Shown here: positions 38,225-50,750 of the stretch, piece by piece
How the letters are laid out: the number at the start of each line of letters is the position of its first letter
Position numbering within the stretch: position 1 is the stretch's first letter
DNA from: Malacoraja senta
Taxonomy: Eukaryota
Direction of reading: 5' to 3'
DNA: 64,000 nucleotides
Assembly (NCBI GenBank): GCA_038087875.1
Contig: CM075991.1
Location: 620,001 to 684,000, forward strand
Notes under the pieces: generated by a model
Told to the model about the DNA's origin: nothing
Database searches by the model: none
What the model saw: the letters and a program-made list of their open reading frames with translations, nothing else
Made by a program: the position numbers and the translations under genes

Positions 38225-39200
38225 AGGGCCGGATCAGCAGGTTTGCAGATTACACTAAAGAGGGTGGCATTGTAGATAGTGAAGATGAATGTCAAAAGGT
38301 GCAGCAGGATCTTGATCGATTTGCCAGTTGGACTGAGGAATAATTGATGGAATTTAAAACGGAGAAGCGCAAGATGTTTCATTTTGGGAAGTTAACATGG
38401 GCAGGACCTACACAGTGAACGGTAGAGCTCTGGGGAGTGTTGTAGAGCAGAGGGATCGAAGATAGTTTGTGGATCGGGTGGTCAAGAAGGTTTTCTGCAC
38501 ATTGGCCTTCATCAGTCGGAGTATTGAGTATAGACATTGGGAGGTTATATTGCAGTTATATAAGACATTGGTGAGGCCACATTTAGAATATTGAGTTCAA
38601 TTTTGATCACCATGTAATAGGAAAGATATTGTCAAGCAGAGAATATGTACAAGGAAGGTACACAAAAATGCTGGAGAAACTCAGCGGGTGCAGCAGCATC
38701 TATGGAGCGAAGGAAATAGGCAACGTTTCGGGCCGAAACGTTGCCTATTTCCTTCGCTCCATAGATGCTGCTGCACCCGCTGAGTTTCTCCAGCATTTTT
38801 GTGTACCTTCGATTTTCCAGCATCTGCAGTTCCTTCTTTAACAATATGTACAAGGATGTTGCCAGGACTAGAGGGTCTGAGCTATAGGGAGAGGTTAAGT
38901 AGGCTGGGTCTCTATTCCTTGGAGCGCAGGAGGATAAGGGGTGATCTTATAGAGGTGTATAAAATCATGAGAGGAATAGATTGGGTAAACACACAGTCTC
39001 TTGCCCAGAGTATGGGGAATCGAGGACCAGAGGATATAGGTTTATGATGAGGGGTGAAAGATTTAATTGAAATCAGAGAGATAACTTTTTCACACCGTGG
39101 GTGATGGATGTATGGAACGAGCTGCCGGAGGAGGTGGTTGAGGCAACTACTATCCCAACATTTAAGAAACATTTAGATAGGTACATGGACAGGACAGGTT
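38225..39200 (+). mobile_element. CR1 LINE 3' fragment with an inserted Penelope-type palindrome (38656-38842)
   Basis: RT C-terminal motifs; 14-bp TSD aatatgtacaagga around the insert. Confidence 0.85.
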
Positions 39201-39384
39201 TAAACATAGAAATATAGAAAATAGGGGCAGGAGTAGGCCATTCATGACTAATCATTCAAAATCAGTAACCCGTTCCTGCTTTTTCCCCCCATAATCCTTT
39301 GATTCCAAAGAGCTAAATCTAACTCTTGAAAACATCCAGTGAATTGGCCCCCACTGCCTTCTGTGGCAGAGAATTCCACAGATT

Positions 39385-42090
39385 CAGTTGATCAGTTGAA
39401 CAAAGGGGACTATGAAGGCATGAGAGGGGAGCTGGCCAAGGTAGACTGGAAAGGGATCCTAGCAGGAATGATGGTGGAACAGCAATGGCAGGAATTTCTG
39501 GGCATAATCCAGAAGACGCAGGATCATTTCATTCCAAAAAGGAAGAAAGATTCTAAGGGGAGTAGGAGGCAACCGTGGCTGACAAGAGAAGTTAGGGATA
39601 GAATAAAACTAAAAGAAAAGATGTATAACACTGCAAAGAGTAGTCGGAAGCCAGAGGATTGGGAAACTTTCATAGGACAACAGAAGGAAACAAAACGGGC
39701 AATACGGACTGAAAAGATGAAGTACATAGAAACATAGAAACATAGAAAGTAGGTGCGAGAGTAGACCACCAGGCCCATCGAGCCCGCACCGCCATTCGCT
39801 CATGGCTGAACACTAAACAGACACCCTTACCCACAAACAGTAGACACAAGACACAGAACACAAGACACTACCCTCCCCTTTATATCGCTATCACCCCTCT
39901 CCACCCCAAGAACCGCGTGATCTCCTGGGGGAGGCAAAAAACCGGATAAAAACCCAGGTCCAATTCGGGAAAAAAATCCGGGAAATTCCTCTCCGACCCC
40001 AATCCAGGCGATCGACACTTGTCCAGGAGATCACTCAGGTCTTACTATACTAACCATACCTAGGTCCATATCCCTGCCCTCTCCCCGTAGCCCCTTATCC
40101 CCTTGGCAGCTAAAAAACCATCTATTTTAGACTTAAATATATTTAATGTTTCTGCTTCCACTGCTCCACTGAAGGAAACAAAACGGGCAATACGGACTGA
40201 AAAGATGAAGTACGAAGGGAAGCTGGCCAGGAATATAAAGAAGGACAGTAAAAGCTTCGTTAGATATGTTAAGGGAAAAAGAGTAGCAAAGTCAAATGTG
40301 AGTCCCTTGAAGCAGACACGGGTGAAATTATTATGCGCAACAAGGAAATGGCGACGTGTTGAATAGGTACTTCGGATCTGTCTTCACTAAGGAAGACACA
40401 AACAATCTCCCAGATGTACTGGAGGACAGAGGATCTAAGGGGGTAGAGGAACTGAAATAAATTTTCATTAGGCGAGAAATAGTATTGGGTAGGCTAATGG
40501 GACTGAAGGATGATAAATCCCCTGGACCTGATGGTCTGCATCCCAGGGTCCTCAGGGAGGTGGCTCTAGAAATAGTGGACGCATTGGTGATCATTTTCCA
40601 ATGTTCAATAGATTCAGGATCAGTTCCTGTGATTTGGAGGATAGCTAATGTTATCCCACTTTTCAAAAAAGGAGCGAGAGAGAAAATGGGGAATTACAGA
40701 CCAGTTAGCCTGACTTCGGTGGTGGGAAAGATGCTGGAGTCAATTATTAAAGAGGTAATAATGGGGCATTTAGATAGCAGTAAAAGGATTAGTCCAAGTC
40801 AACATGATTTATGAAAGGGAAATCATGCTTGACTAATCTTCTGGAATTTTTTGAGGATGTGACAAGTAAAATGGATGAAGGGGTGCCAGTGGATGTAGTG
40901 TATCTAGACTTTCAGAAAGCCTTTGATAAGATCCCGCACGGGAGACTGGTGACTAAAATTAGAGCACATGGTATTTGGGGTAGGGTGTTGACATGGATAG
41001 AAAATTGGTTGGCAGACCGGAAGCAAAGAGTAGGAGTGAACGGGTCCTTTTCAGAATGGCAGGCAGTGGCGAGTGGAGTGCCGCAAGGCTCGGTGTTGGG
41101 GCCGCAACTGTTTACCATATATATTAATGATTTGGAAGAGGGAATTAGGAGCAACACTAGCAAGTTTGCGGATGGCACAAAGCTGGGTGGCAGTGTGAAC
41201 TGTGAAGAAGATGTTAGGAGGTTGCAGGGTGACCTGGACAGGTTGAGTGAGTGGGCAGATGCGTTGCAGATGCAGTATAATATAGATAAATGTGAGGTTA
41301 TCCACTGGCGGCACAAACTAGGGGGCAGATTATTATCTCAATGGGGTTAGATTAGGTGAGGGGGAGGTACAGCGAGACCTGGGTGTCCTTGTACACCGGT
41401 CACTGAAAGTTGGCGTGCAGGTACAGCAGGCAGTGAAGAAAGCTAATGGAATGTTGACCTTCATAACAAGAGGATTTCAGTATAGGAGTAAAGAGGTTCT
41501 TCTGCAGTTGTATAGGGCTCCGGTGAGACCACATCTGGAGTATTGTGTATAGTTTTGGTCTCCTAATTTGAGGAAGGACATCCTTGTGATTGAGGCAGTG
41601 CAGCGTAGGTTCACGAGATTGATCCCTGGGATGGCGGGACTGTCATATGAGGAAAGATTGAAAAGACTAGGCTTGTATTCACTGGAGTTTAGAAGGATGA
41701 GGGGATATCTTATAGAAACATATAAAATTATAAAAGGACTGGACAAGCTAGATGCAGGAAAAATGTTCCCAATGTTGAGCGAGTCCAGAACCAGGGGCCA
41801 CAGTCTTAGAATAAAGAGGAGGTCATTTAAGACTGAGGTGAGAAAAAACTTTTTCACTCAGAGAGTTGTGAATTTATGGAATTTCCTGCCACAGAGGGCA
41901 GTGGAGGCCAAGTCACTGGATGGATTTAAGAGAGAGTTAGATCGAGCTCTAGGGGCTAGTGGAGTCATGGGAAATGGGGAGAAGGCAGGCACGGGTTATT
42001 GATAGGGGACGATCAGCCATGATCACAATGAATGGCGGTGCTGGCTCGAAGGGCCGAATGGCCTCCTCCTGCACCTATTTTCTATGTTTC
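39385..42090 (+). mobile_element. CR1/HER1 LINE, 5'-truncated, RT with frameshifts
   Basis: KSPGPDGLHPRVL, NYRPVSLTSVVGK, YLDFQKAFDK, SGVPQGSVLGP, KFADGTK; tail tttctatgtttcta. Confidence 0.95.
39726..40170 (-). mobile_element. Antisense CR1-type 3' fragment nested in CR1
   Basis: Starts with a catagaaa microsatellite tail; flanked by a 43-bp duplication. Confidence 0.8.
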
Positions 42091-45000
42091 TAGTGTAGAT
42101 GAGGCATGTTGCCATGGGAAAGTTGGGCTGAAGGGCCTGTTTCTACATTGTATGTATAACAAATGCTTTTGATTGCAGCATTGTTAGTGGCAGCTTGGGC
42201 GCACAGTGGTGCAGCAGGTAGAGCCTCTGCCTCGCAGCACCAGAGACCCGCATTCAATCCTGATCTTGGGTGCTGTCTGTGTAGTTTGCATGTTCTCCCT
42301 GTGATCGCGTGGGTTTCCTCCGGGTGCTCTGGTTTCCTCCCACATCCCAAAGATGTGCGGGTTTGTAGGGTAATTAACCCTTTGTAAATTGCTCCTCGTG
42401 TGTACAGAGTGGATGAGATAGAACTAGTGTAATGGATGGTCGGTGTAGACTCAGTGGGCTGAAGGGCCTGTCTCCGTGCTGTATTTCTAAACTAAACTAG
42501 TTGGATGGTCCCTATTGTGTGTAGGGTAATGTTCATGTGCGGGGATCGCTGGTCGGTGCGGACTCGCTGGGCCAAAGGGCCTGTTTCTGTACTGTATCAC
42601 TAAACTAAAACATGTTGAAATTCTGAAAACAGCATCATGGAATATGACCAGTTATTTGGGTAGATTGACAGGGAATAAATTTACTCGTTCTATTTTAGAA
42701 TTGTATCTTTTAATCTTCAGCACTCGCCAAAAAGACTTTGATTCTAATGCGTCACTGGTAGAGTTCAGGATAGTTTAATTAGACTGTCTACTGCTGGAAC
42801 TTCACAAGGGGGGCAGTTGCTGCCCACAGAGCCTTGCGCTGATATCTGTCGGTGGCTGAGACTGTGAGGCATGAAGGGAGTGCTAGCTTCAGTTCTACTA
42901 ATGGACAGGGAATCTTGGACTTACACTGCTTCACTTCAAGCACTCACCGTTCCCTGGTCTATTCGGTTAAGATATATTCACGCGGCTATTGGGGAGGGAG
43001 TTCCAGAATTTAGACTTGGTGACCATGAAGCAGCAACACTATATTCCCAGTGCACAATAGTGTGAGACTTGTGGAAGAACTTGCATGTGAAGGTGGTTTC
43101 ATTTGCCAGTGTCCTTTTCATCAAAGGGTGGAAAAAGTCATGGGGTTGAAGAAAGGTCTCAACCCAAAATGTCACCTATTCCTTTTCTCCAGAGATGCTA
43201 CCTGACCTGATGAGTTACTCCAGCATTTTGTGTCTATCCAAGAGATGAAAGTCCTATTGTGGTGCTGTTGAGAAGCCTTTGGCAAGTCATTGCATTTTGT
43301 AGACTGTGTGCTGTGTAGCTGGGGGCATGGATGCTTGAGGCAGATGCTGTGCTAGTCTATCGGGCTGCTTTGTTTAAGGTTCTACTGAGCTGCTTGTCGG
43401 AGCAGCAGTCATCCAAGCAAGTCCATCCTTCTTGCCTATTTAGAAAGCGGAGGAACTTGAAGTGTGAGGGAGGCTTTACCTGGCCTTTTATCCGCTCTTA
43501 GAAACTATATATGTGTCTGTTCCAGTGAGGTGGAACTCCCAGAAAGTTGGCAATTCCCAGAAAGTTGATAAGGGGTCTTTACAAAGGTAATGTCAAAGGC
43601 TGTTGGTTAACCTTTGCTGGATGCTGTTGTTGCCTGGCCTTCCTCTAATAGAGGAGGTGTGTACAATGTGATTCATTCGTCTTGCCATAGATACTGAGTG
43701 GAGTATATTGTCATTCTGCAGCTGTCTCCAAAATGCATCCAATTAAATGAATTGAAGATTTTATTATCTCCTTGGAGAGTATATTTTTCTCTTGTATTTT
43801 AAGTCATACTTTATTTTCATTTTGACACCAATGGGAATAATCTGAAAGTTGATTTAAATTTGTAAGTATTATAGATTAGATTTGAGGAATACACATTTGA
43901 ACAGTAATCTTCTCTAAGATTATCTGAAATGAAGGAAGAAGATAGTAGAGACACGAGGAATCTTGAGTAAAACGCAAAGTGCTGGAGGAACTCAGCAGGT
44001 CAGGCTGTATTTGCCCAACTCCTCCATGCCAACCAAGATGCTCCATCTATGCTAGTTCCATTTGCCTGCATTTGGCCCATATCTCTAAACCTTTCCAATC
44101 TATGTACAAGTGTCTGTTAAATGCTCTTAAAGTACCTGCCTCAATTACCTCCTCTGGCAGCTCGTTCCATATACTCACCACCATCTGTTTGGTAAAGCCT
44201 GCCCCTCTCATTTAACCCTATATCCTCTTGTTTATTTTCCTCTACCCTGGGCAAAAGTCTCTGTGCATTCTTCCTATCAAATCCCCTCATGATTTTATAC
44301 ACCTCTATAACATCACCCCTCGGCCTCCTGCACAAGCCTATCCAACCTGTCCCTACAGCTCAGGCACTGACTCCTGGCAACATCCTCGTCAATCTCTGTA
44401 TTCTTCACAGCAGATCGCACGATCACTCATCTGTTCCACAAACCTGGGACTATGTGATATAGAAGGTCAATTCTTTGTTTCACGTGGTTCTGAATTTGTA
44501 CACGAATACCAGTGTGAGAATCTTGCCTTACTTTCTGCAAAGGTTATTGATGCAACTTTGTTGTGTGTAGTACAGTGCTGATATGATTGTGAGTGACTGT
44601 GCCTGATCCATCCCATTGCTCTGAGCTCTGAGCTTTGGCAGCATGTGCAGTGTTGCTGAATCAATAGAGCTAGCTGTCTGTCTGTCATCTGTCGTAGTTT
44701 GTGTGGCTCAACAATATTTTTCCATTTTGCCCTTGAATTTTGATTGTGTGTCAGAATTTGCCTCCTGTTTCATAGACACTGAGCTCCCAGCATCTTTCCC
44801 GAGTGACTATCGAGTAATAGTCTACAGAACGAACTGGGCAGACGGCCATCGCTGTGTCGAATCCTAACGGCACTCACAGTGGGGTCACATTATTAGTCTA
44901 ACTCGGGGTCACTGACCCCTAGGGCCCCCTCCCCTTCCCATCTCCCTCACCCCTCCCCTGCCCTCACCGGCCCCCTCCCTGCCCCTCCCCACCCCGCCCC

Positions 45001-45426
45001 TCCCCACCCCGCCCCTCCCCTCCCCGCCGCCCCCCACCCCTCCCTTTCCCCAACCGGCCCACACCACCAGCCCCTCCTCTCCCCTCCCCCCCATTTACTA
45101 ATCCGTAAATAGTTATCTGGATGATGTGTTCACACAGATCTTAGTTTAGTTTACTTCAGTTTAGAGAGATAGCATGGAAACAGACCCTTTGGCTCACATA
45201 GTCCATGCCGGCCATCGATTACCCGTTCACACTAGTTCCATGTTATCCCACTTTGTCATCCACTCCCTACACTAGGGGTAACTTACAGAGGGCCAATTCA
45301 CCTACAAAGCTGTACGTCTTTGGGATATGGGACAAAACCGGAGCATCTGGAGGGAACCCATGCGGTCACAGGGAGAACGTAAGCCATTGTCCACATTAAG
45401 TGTTTTGTTGTATTTCCCTGTGACAG

Positions 45427-45523
45427 AGAGTACACAGTTGATCTGGAGGAAGGGTCGCAACACTTGATGCGTTACAGGACGATCGCACCTTTGGTGGCCA
45501 GCGGCGCAGTGCAGCTCATATAA
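45427..45523 (+). CDS. GINS4: GINS4 last coding exon to stop codon
   Basis: tgacAG|A GAG...ATA TAA; EYTVDLEEGSQHLMRYRTIAPLVASGAVQLI*, matching the human C-terminus ...TIAPLVASGAVQLI. Confidence 0.97.
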
Positions 45524-46283
45524 CCGGCAACATGTGGAGGTAAGGTGCTGTCTCACCCACACTCACTGACTGCGCCGCGCGGGTGGCTGCATGGTTGCAG
45601 GAAGACTGGTTACTGGCGATAGCAGTGGAAACTCTTTTATGAAATAAAACCACAGCAAGGATTCAGTTTCTCTCCACATCTGCTGCTGCTTGGTATAACC
45701 AGCATTTCCTGTTGACATTGCAACCATCGCAGGTATTTGCTGCTGGCCACAGTGACACGCCGCTTGTTTATACAATAGTGTTTAACGATTTGAGCAAGAG
45801 GGCATCTGCTGTTTTATTCATTTACAAAAGAACAGCTTGTTGGAGAGGAACGTGATGGGCACAGCCAGCTGCAGAGAGCAGGTGTGGAAGCTAAGTACAG
45901 TGGCAGTGCTGTAGGGTCATGGGGTCTGACGTCCACAGTGGTCATATCTTCTATGTTCTTTTGAACTGAATCCCAGTGTCAATGAAGCAATGATGAGATA
46001 TTTGTACTCCAGAGTGCATACATTGGAAACATAGAAAATAGGTGCAGGAGTAGGCCATTCAGCCCTTCGAGCCAGCACCGCCATTCAATATGATCATGGC
46101 TGATCATCCAAAATCAGTACCCCGCTCTGGCTTTTCCCCGCATATCCCTTGATTCCCTTCGCCCTAAGAGCTAAATCTAACTTTCTTAAAAACATCCAGT
46201 AAATTGGCCTCCACTGCCTTCTGTGTCAGAGAATTCCACAGATTCACAACTCTCTGTGAAAACGTTTTTCCTCATCTCAGTCC

Positions 46284-46822
46284 TAAGTGGGTTGAGGGGG
46301 TGGGGGTGGGGGGAGAGCTCGGATAAAAGACGGGGGAAGAGCCATGGGGAGATGACGGTATCACGGGGGAGGGGGGCAGGAGCCAGCGAGGTGAAGGGGT
46401 TGGAGCTGCGGGGCATTGCGATGGCGGTGCGTTTGGGACTTACAGTGGGCACTGGACGCTCTCCTCCGCCGGGATCAGACTCTCCGTTTGGCGACATCGG
46501 CAACATCTCCGACTCCGGGCTGGGTCGTGCCGCTTCTGGTCCCTCCGAGAGACCTCCACCGGCCTCTCTCAGCTCCAGTAAAGACGCGATGGCGCAGGAA
46601 GGGGCGGACTGTGCCTGGGAGTGACAGGAGAGGAAACCAATCCGCGCGGCGCTGACTGGCAGGAGAGGAGATCGATCTGCGCACGCGCGGTCTTTGCGAT
46701 TTTTAAATCACGCTATCTTTTACATTATACTACCGATCGTAAACAAAACTTAGTGCACTCGCAGCACAGGAGAAAAAACGCGCAAACCGGAAGAGCACAA
46801 GATCAGAGTTTTAGTTATGTAT
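46284..46822 (-). mobile_element. GC-rich non-autonomous element, possibly Helitron-like
   Basis: Interrupts a CR1. Minus-strand start ttatacataactaaaactctgatcttg resembles Helitron 5' ends; no canonical 3' end. Confidence 0.4.
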
Positions 46823-48318
46823 AAATTGTTAACAACTGGGCTCCTCGCACCGGTACCCCACTAGTCACTGCCTGCCATTCTGAAAAAGACCCGGTAATTC
46901 CTACTCTTTGCTTCCTGTCTGCCAACCAGTTCTCTATCCATGCCAATACCCTACCCCCAATACCATGTGCTCTAATTCTGCACACTAATCTCTTGTGTGG
47001 GACCTTGTCAAAGGCTTTTTGAAAGTCCACGTACACATCCACTGGCTCTCCGTTATCCATTATACTTGTTACATCCGCAAAAAATTCCAGATGATTAGTC
47101 AAGTATGACTTCCCCTTCATAAATCCATGCTGAATTTGACAGATCCCGTCACTGCTTTCCAAATGCGCTGCTATAACATCTTTAATAATCGACCCCAGCA
47201 TCTTCTCCACTACCGATGTAAGGCTAACTGGTCTCTAAATCCCCGTTTTCTCTCTCCCTCCTTTCTTAAAAAGTGGAGTTACATTGGCTACCCTCCAGTC
47301 TACCCTCCTGTTCCAGATTCGAGAGAACATTGGAAAATGATCACCAATGCATCCATGATTTCTAGGACCACCTCTTTGAGTACACTGGGATGTAGACCAT
47401 CAGGCCCTGGGGATTTATCTGCCTGCAGTCCCAACAGTTTACCTAACACGATTTTCTGTCTAATGTTGATTCCCTTCAGTTCCTCCCTCCCACTAGATCC
47501 TCAGTCCCCTAGTATTTCCAGGAGATTGTTTGTGTCTTCCTTAGTGAAGACAGAACCAAAGTACTCGTTTAACTGTTCTGCCATTTCCTTGTTTACCATT
47601 ATAAATTCACCTGTCTCTGACTGTAAGGGACCTACATTCGTCTTCACTAATCTTTTCCTTTTTATATACCTATAGAAACCTATACCTATAGAAATCAGTC
47701 TGAAGAAGGGTCTCGACCCGAAACGTCACCTATTCCTTCGCTCCATAGATGTTGCCTCACCCGCAGAGTTTCTCCAGCATTTTTGTCTACCTATAGAAAC
47801 CTTTAGTCAGTTTTTATATTCCCCGCAAAGTTTCTTTCATTCTCTTTTTTCCCCCTCTTAATTAACCCCTTTGTCCTCCCCAGAGTTCTAAATTTCTCCC
47901 AGTCCTCTGGTTTGCTGCTTCTTCTGACCAATTTATATGCCTCTTCCTTGGATTTAACACTTTCCTTGACTTCCTTCGTCAGCCACGGTTGAGCCGCCTT
48001 CCCAGTCTTATTTTTTCGCCAGACAGGGATGAACAATTTCTGGAGTTCATCCATGCGGCATTTAAAACTTTGCCATTGCATCTCCACTGTCAACCCTTTA
48101 AGTATAATTTGCCAGTCTATCCTAGCCAATTCCCGTCTCATACCTTTAAAGTCTCCTTTATTCAAGTTCAGGACCCTAGTCTCTGAATTAACCGTGTCAC
48201 TCTCCATCCTAATGCAGAATTTCACCATATTATGGTCACTGTTGCCCAAGGGGCCTTGCACAACAAGATCTCCAACTAATTGTTCCTCATTACACAATAC
48301 CCAGTCTAGGATGGCCAT
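46823..48318 (-). mobile_element. CR1 LINE ORF2 fragment
   Basis: PLGNSDHNMV, QHGFMKGKS, VDFQKAFDKVPH; Penelope-type insert at about 47684-47790 with TSD tacctatagaaacct. Confidence 0.92.
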
Positions 48319-49953
48319 ATACAGCCTAGTGGCTCCAGTTTACTGCTCCACTGCAAAATCAAAGTTTATCTACATTGAAGAATGGCTCATGATTATCACA
48401 GGGACACTGAGCAAGCAGGGGCCGGGCTTCCCTCTTCAGGCTCCATGGCGGCTGTGCTGGGCCAGCTGCCGGGATAACCGCGGCCCACCGGTCGTCCTCA
48501 TCCAGCCATGTTGCCAGACCCAGCACTTTGTGTTCTACGCAGATGTCCAGCATCTGCAGTTCCTTGTGTCTCTGGTGTGAAGCTTGGATGGGAACCGGCA
48601 GCTAGTTATTCCCAGCTGCCTGCCTCCCTTGTTGATTGTTGGAGACCTCTTTTTGGGTGATACGACTGGTGCAAAGTATATGAGTTACTGGAGTATATGT
48701 TGTAGATAATACATGCAGGAGAGGAGGAACGTTTAGGTGACGTACCAGTTTTGGACTGGGAGTCAGTCACTTGCCTTCTGATACTCAGTATTGGATGAAT
48801 TAGACAATAGACAATAGGTGCAGGAATAGGCCATTCGGCCCTTCACGCCAGCACCAATGTGATCATGGCTGATCATCCACAATCAGTTCCCCGTTCCTGT
48901 CTTCTCCCCATATTCCCTGACTCCGCTATCTTCAAGAGCCCTATCTAGCTCTCTCTTGAAAGTATCCAGAGAACCGGCCTCCACCGCCCTCTGAGGCAGA
49001 GAATTCCACAGACTCACAACTCTCTGTATGAAAAAGTTTTTCCTCATCTCCGTTCCAAATGGCTTACCCCTTATTCTTAAACTGTGGCCCCTGGTTCTGG
49101 ACCCTCCCAACATCGGGAACATGTTTCCTGCCTCTAGCGTGTCCAATCCCTTAATAGTCTTATATGTTTCAATACGATCTCCTCTCATCCTTCTAAATTC
49201 CAGAGTATACAAGCCCAGCCGCTCCATTCTCTCAGCATATGACAGTCCCGCCATCCCGGGAATTAACCTTGTGAACCTACGCTGCACTCCCTCAATAGCA
49301 AGAATGCCCTTCCTCAAATGTGGAGACCAAAACTGCACACAATACTCCAGGTGTGGTTTCACTGGGTCCCTGTACAACTTCAGAAGGACCTCTTTGTTCC
49401 TATACTCAACTCTTCTTGTTATAAAGGCCAACATGCCATTCGCTTTCTTCACTGCTTGCTGTACCTGCATGCTTACTTTCATTGACTGATGAACAAGGAC
49501 CCCCAGATCCCGTTGTACTTCCCCTTTTCAAAACTTGACACCATTTAGATAATAATCTTCCTGTTTTTGCCACCAAAGTGGATAACCTCACATTTATCCA
49601 CATTAAACTGCATCTGCCCACTACCCAACCTGTCCAATCTCATAGCATCCTCCTCACAATTCACACTGCCACCCAGCTTTGTGTCATCTGCAAATTTGCT
49701 AATGTCACTTGTAATCCCTTCATCTAAATCATTAATATATAGCTGCGGTCCCAGCACCGAGCCTTGCGGTACCCCACTAGTAACTGCCTGCCATTCTGAA
49801 AGGGACCCGTTAATACCTACTCTTTTTTTCCTGTCTGCCAACCAATTTTCTATCCATGTCAGCACTCTACCCCAATACCATGTGCCCTAATTTTGCCCAC
49901 TAATCTCCTATGTGGGACCTTATCAAATGGCTTCTGAAAGTCCAAGTACACTA

Positions 49954-50750
49954 GTCAAGTCAAGAGGGTTTATTGTCATGTGTCCCAGATAGGACAATGA
50001 AATTCTTGCTTGCTGCAGCACAACAGAACATTGTAAGCAAAAATACAGAACTGTTCAGTTCAATATACACATAAATAAGCAGATAAAGTGCAATAGGCTG
50101 TTACAGTTCAGAGTCAGATGGCGAGTTTAATAGCCTGATGTCTGTGGGGAAGCAGCTGTTCCTGAACCTGGATGTAACAGATCTCAGGCTCCTGTACCTT
50201 CTGCCCGATGGTAGCGGAGAGATGATTGCGTGGCCAGGATGGTGTGGGTCCTTAATGATGTTGGCTGCCTTTTTGAGGCAGTGACTGCGATAGATCCCTT
50301 CGATGGTGGGGAGGTCAGAGCCGATGATTTTCTGGGCAGTGATCACAACTTTCTGCATCCTTTTTCCGCTCCTGATGATGATGATGATGATGGATGGGAT
50401 TTATATAGCGCCTTTCTAATACTCAAGGCGCTTTACATCGCATTATTCATTCACTCCTCAGTCACACTCGGTGGTGGTGAGCTACTTCTGTAGCCACAGC
50501 TGCCCTGGGGCAGACTGACGGAAGCGTGGCTGCTAATCTGCGCCTACGGCCCCTCCGACCACCACCAATCACTCACACACATTCACACACATTCACACAC
50601 AGGCAAAGGTGGGTGAAGTGTCTTGCCCAAGGACACAACGACAGTATGCACTCCAAGCGGGATTCGAACTGGCTACCTTCCGGTTGCCAGCCGAACACTT
50701 AGCCCATTGCGCCATCTGTCGTCCTGGACCCTCAAGTTGCTGAACCAAGC
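49954..50750 (-). mobile_element. Rex1/Babar-like LINE 3' fragment nested in CR1
   Basis: AQKIIG...CLKKAANIIKDPHHPGH...LPSGRRYRSL...RFRNS..P..IRLLN; gtcaa repeat tail; TSD cacta. Confidence 0.85.
50374..50722 (-). mobile_element. tRNA-derived SINE with L2-type tail (Mermaid-like) nested in the Rex/Babar fragment
   Basis: Minus strand: tggcgcaatggg A box, gttcgaatccc B box, gtgtccttgggcaagacactt, tail tgtaaagcgccttgag...ggcgctatataaat, (cat)n; TSD tcctg. Confidence 0.8.
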
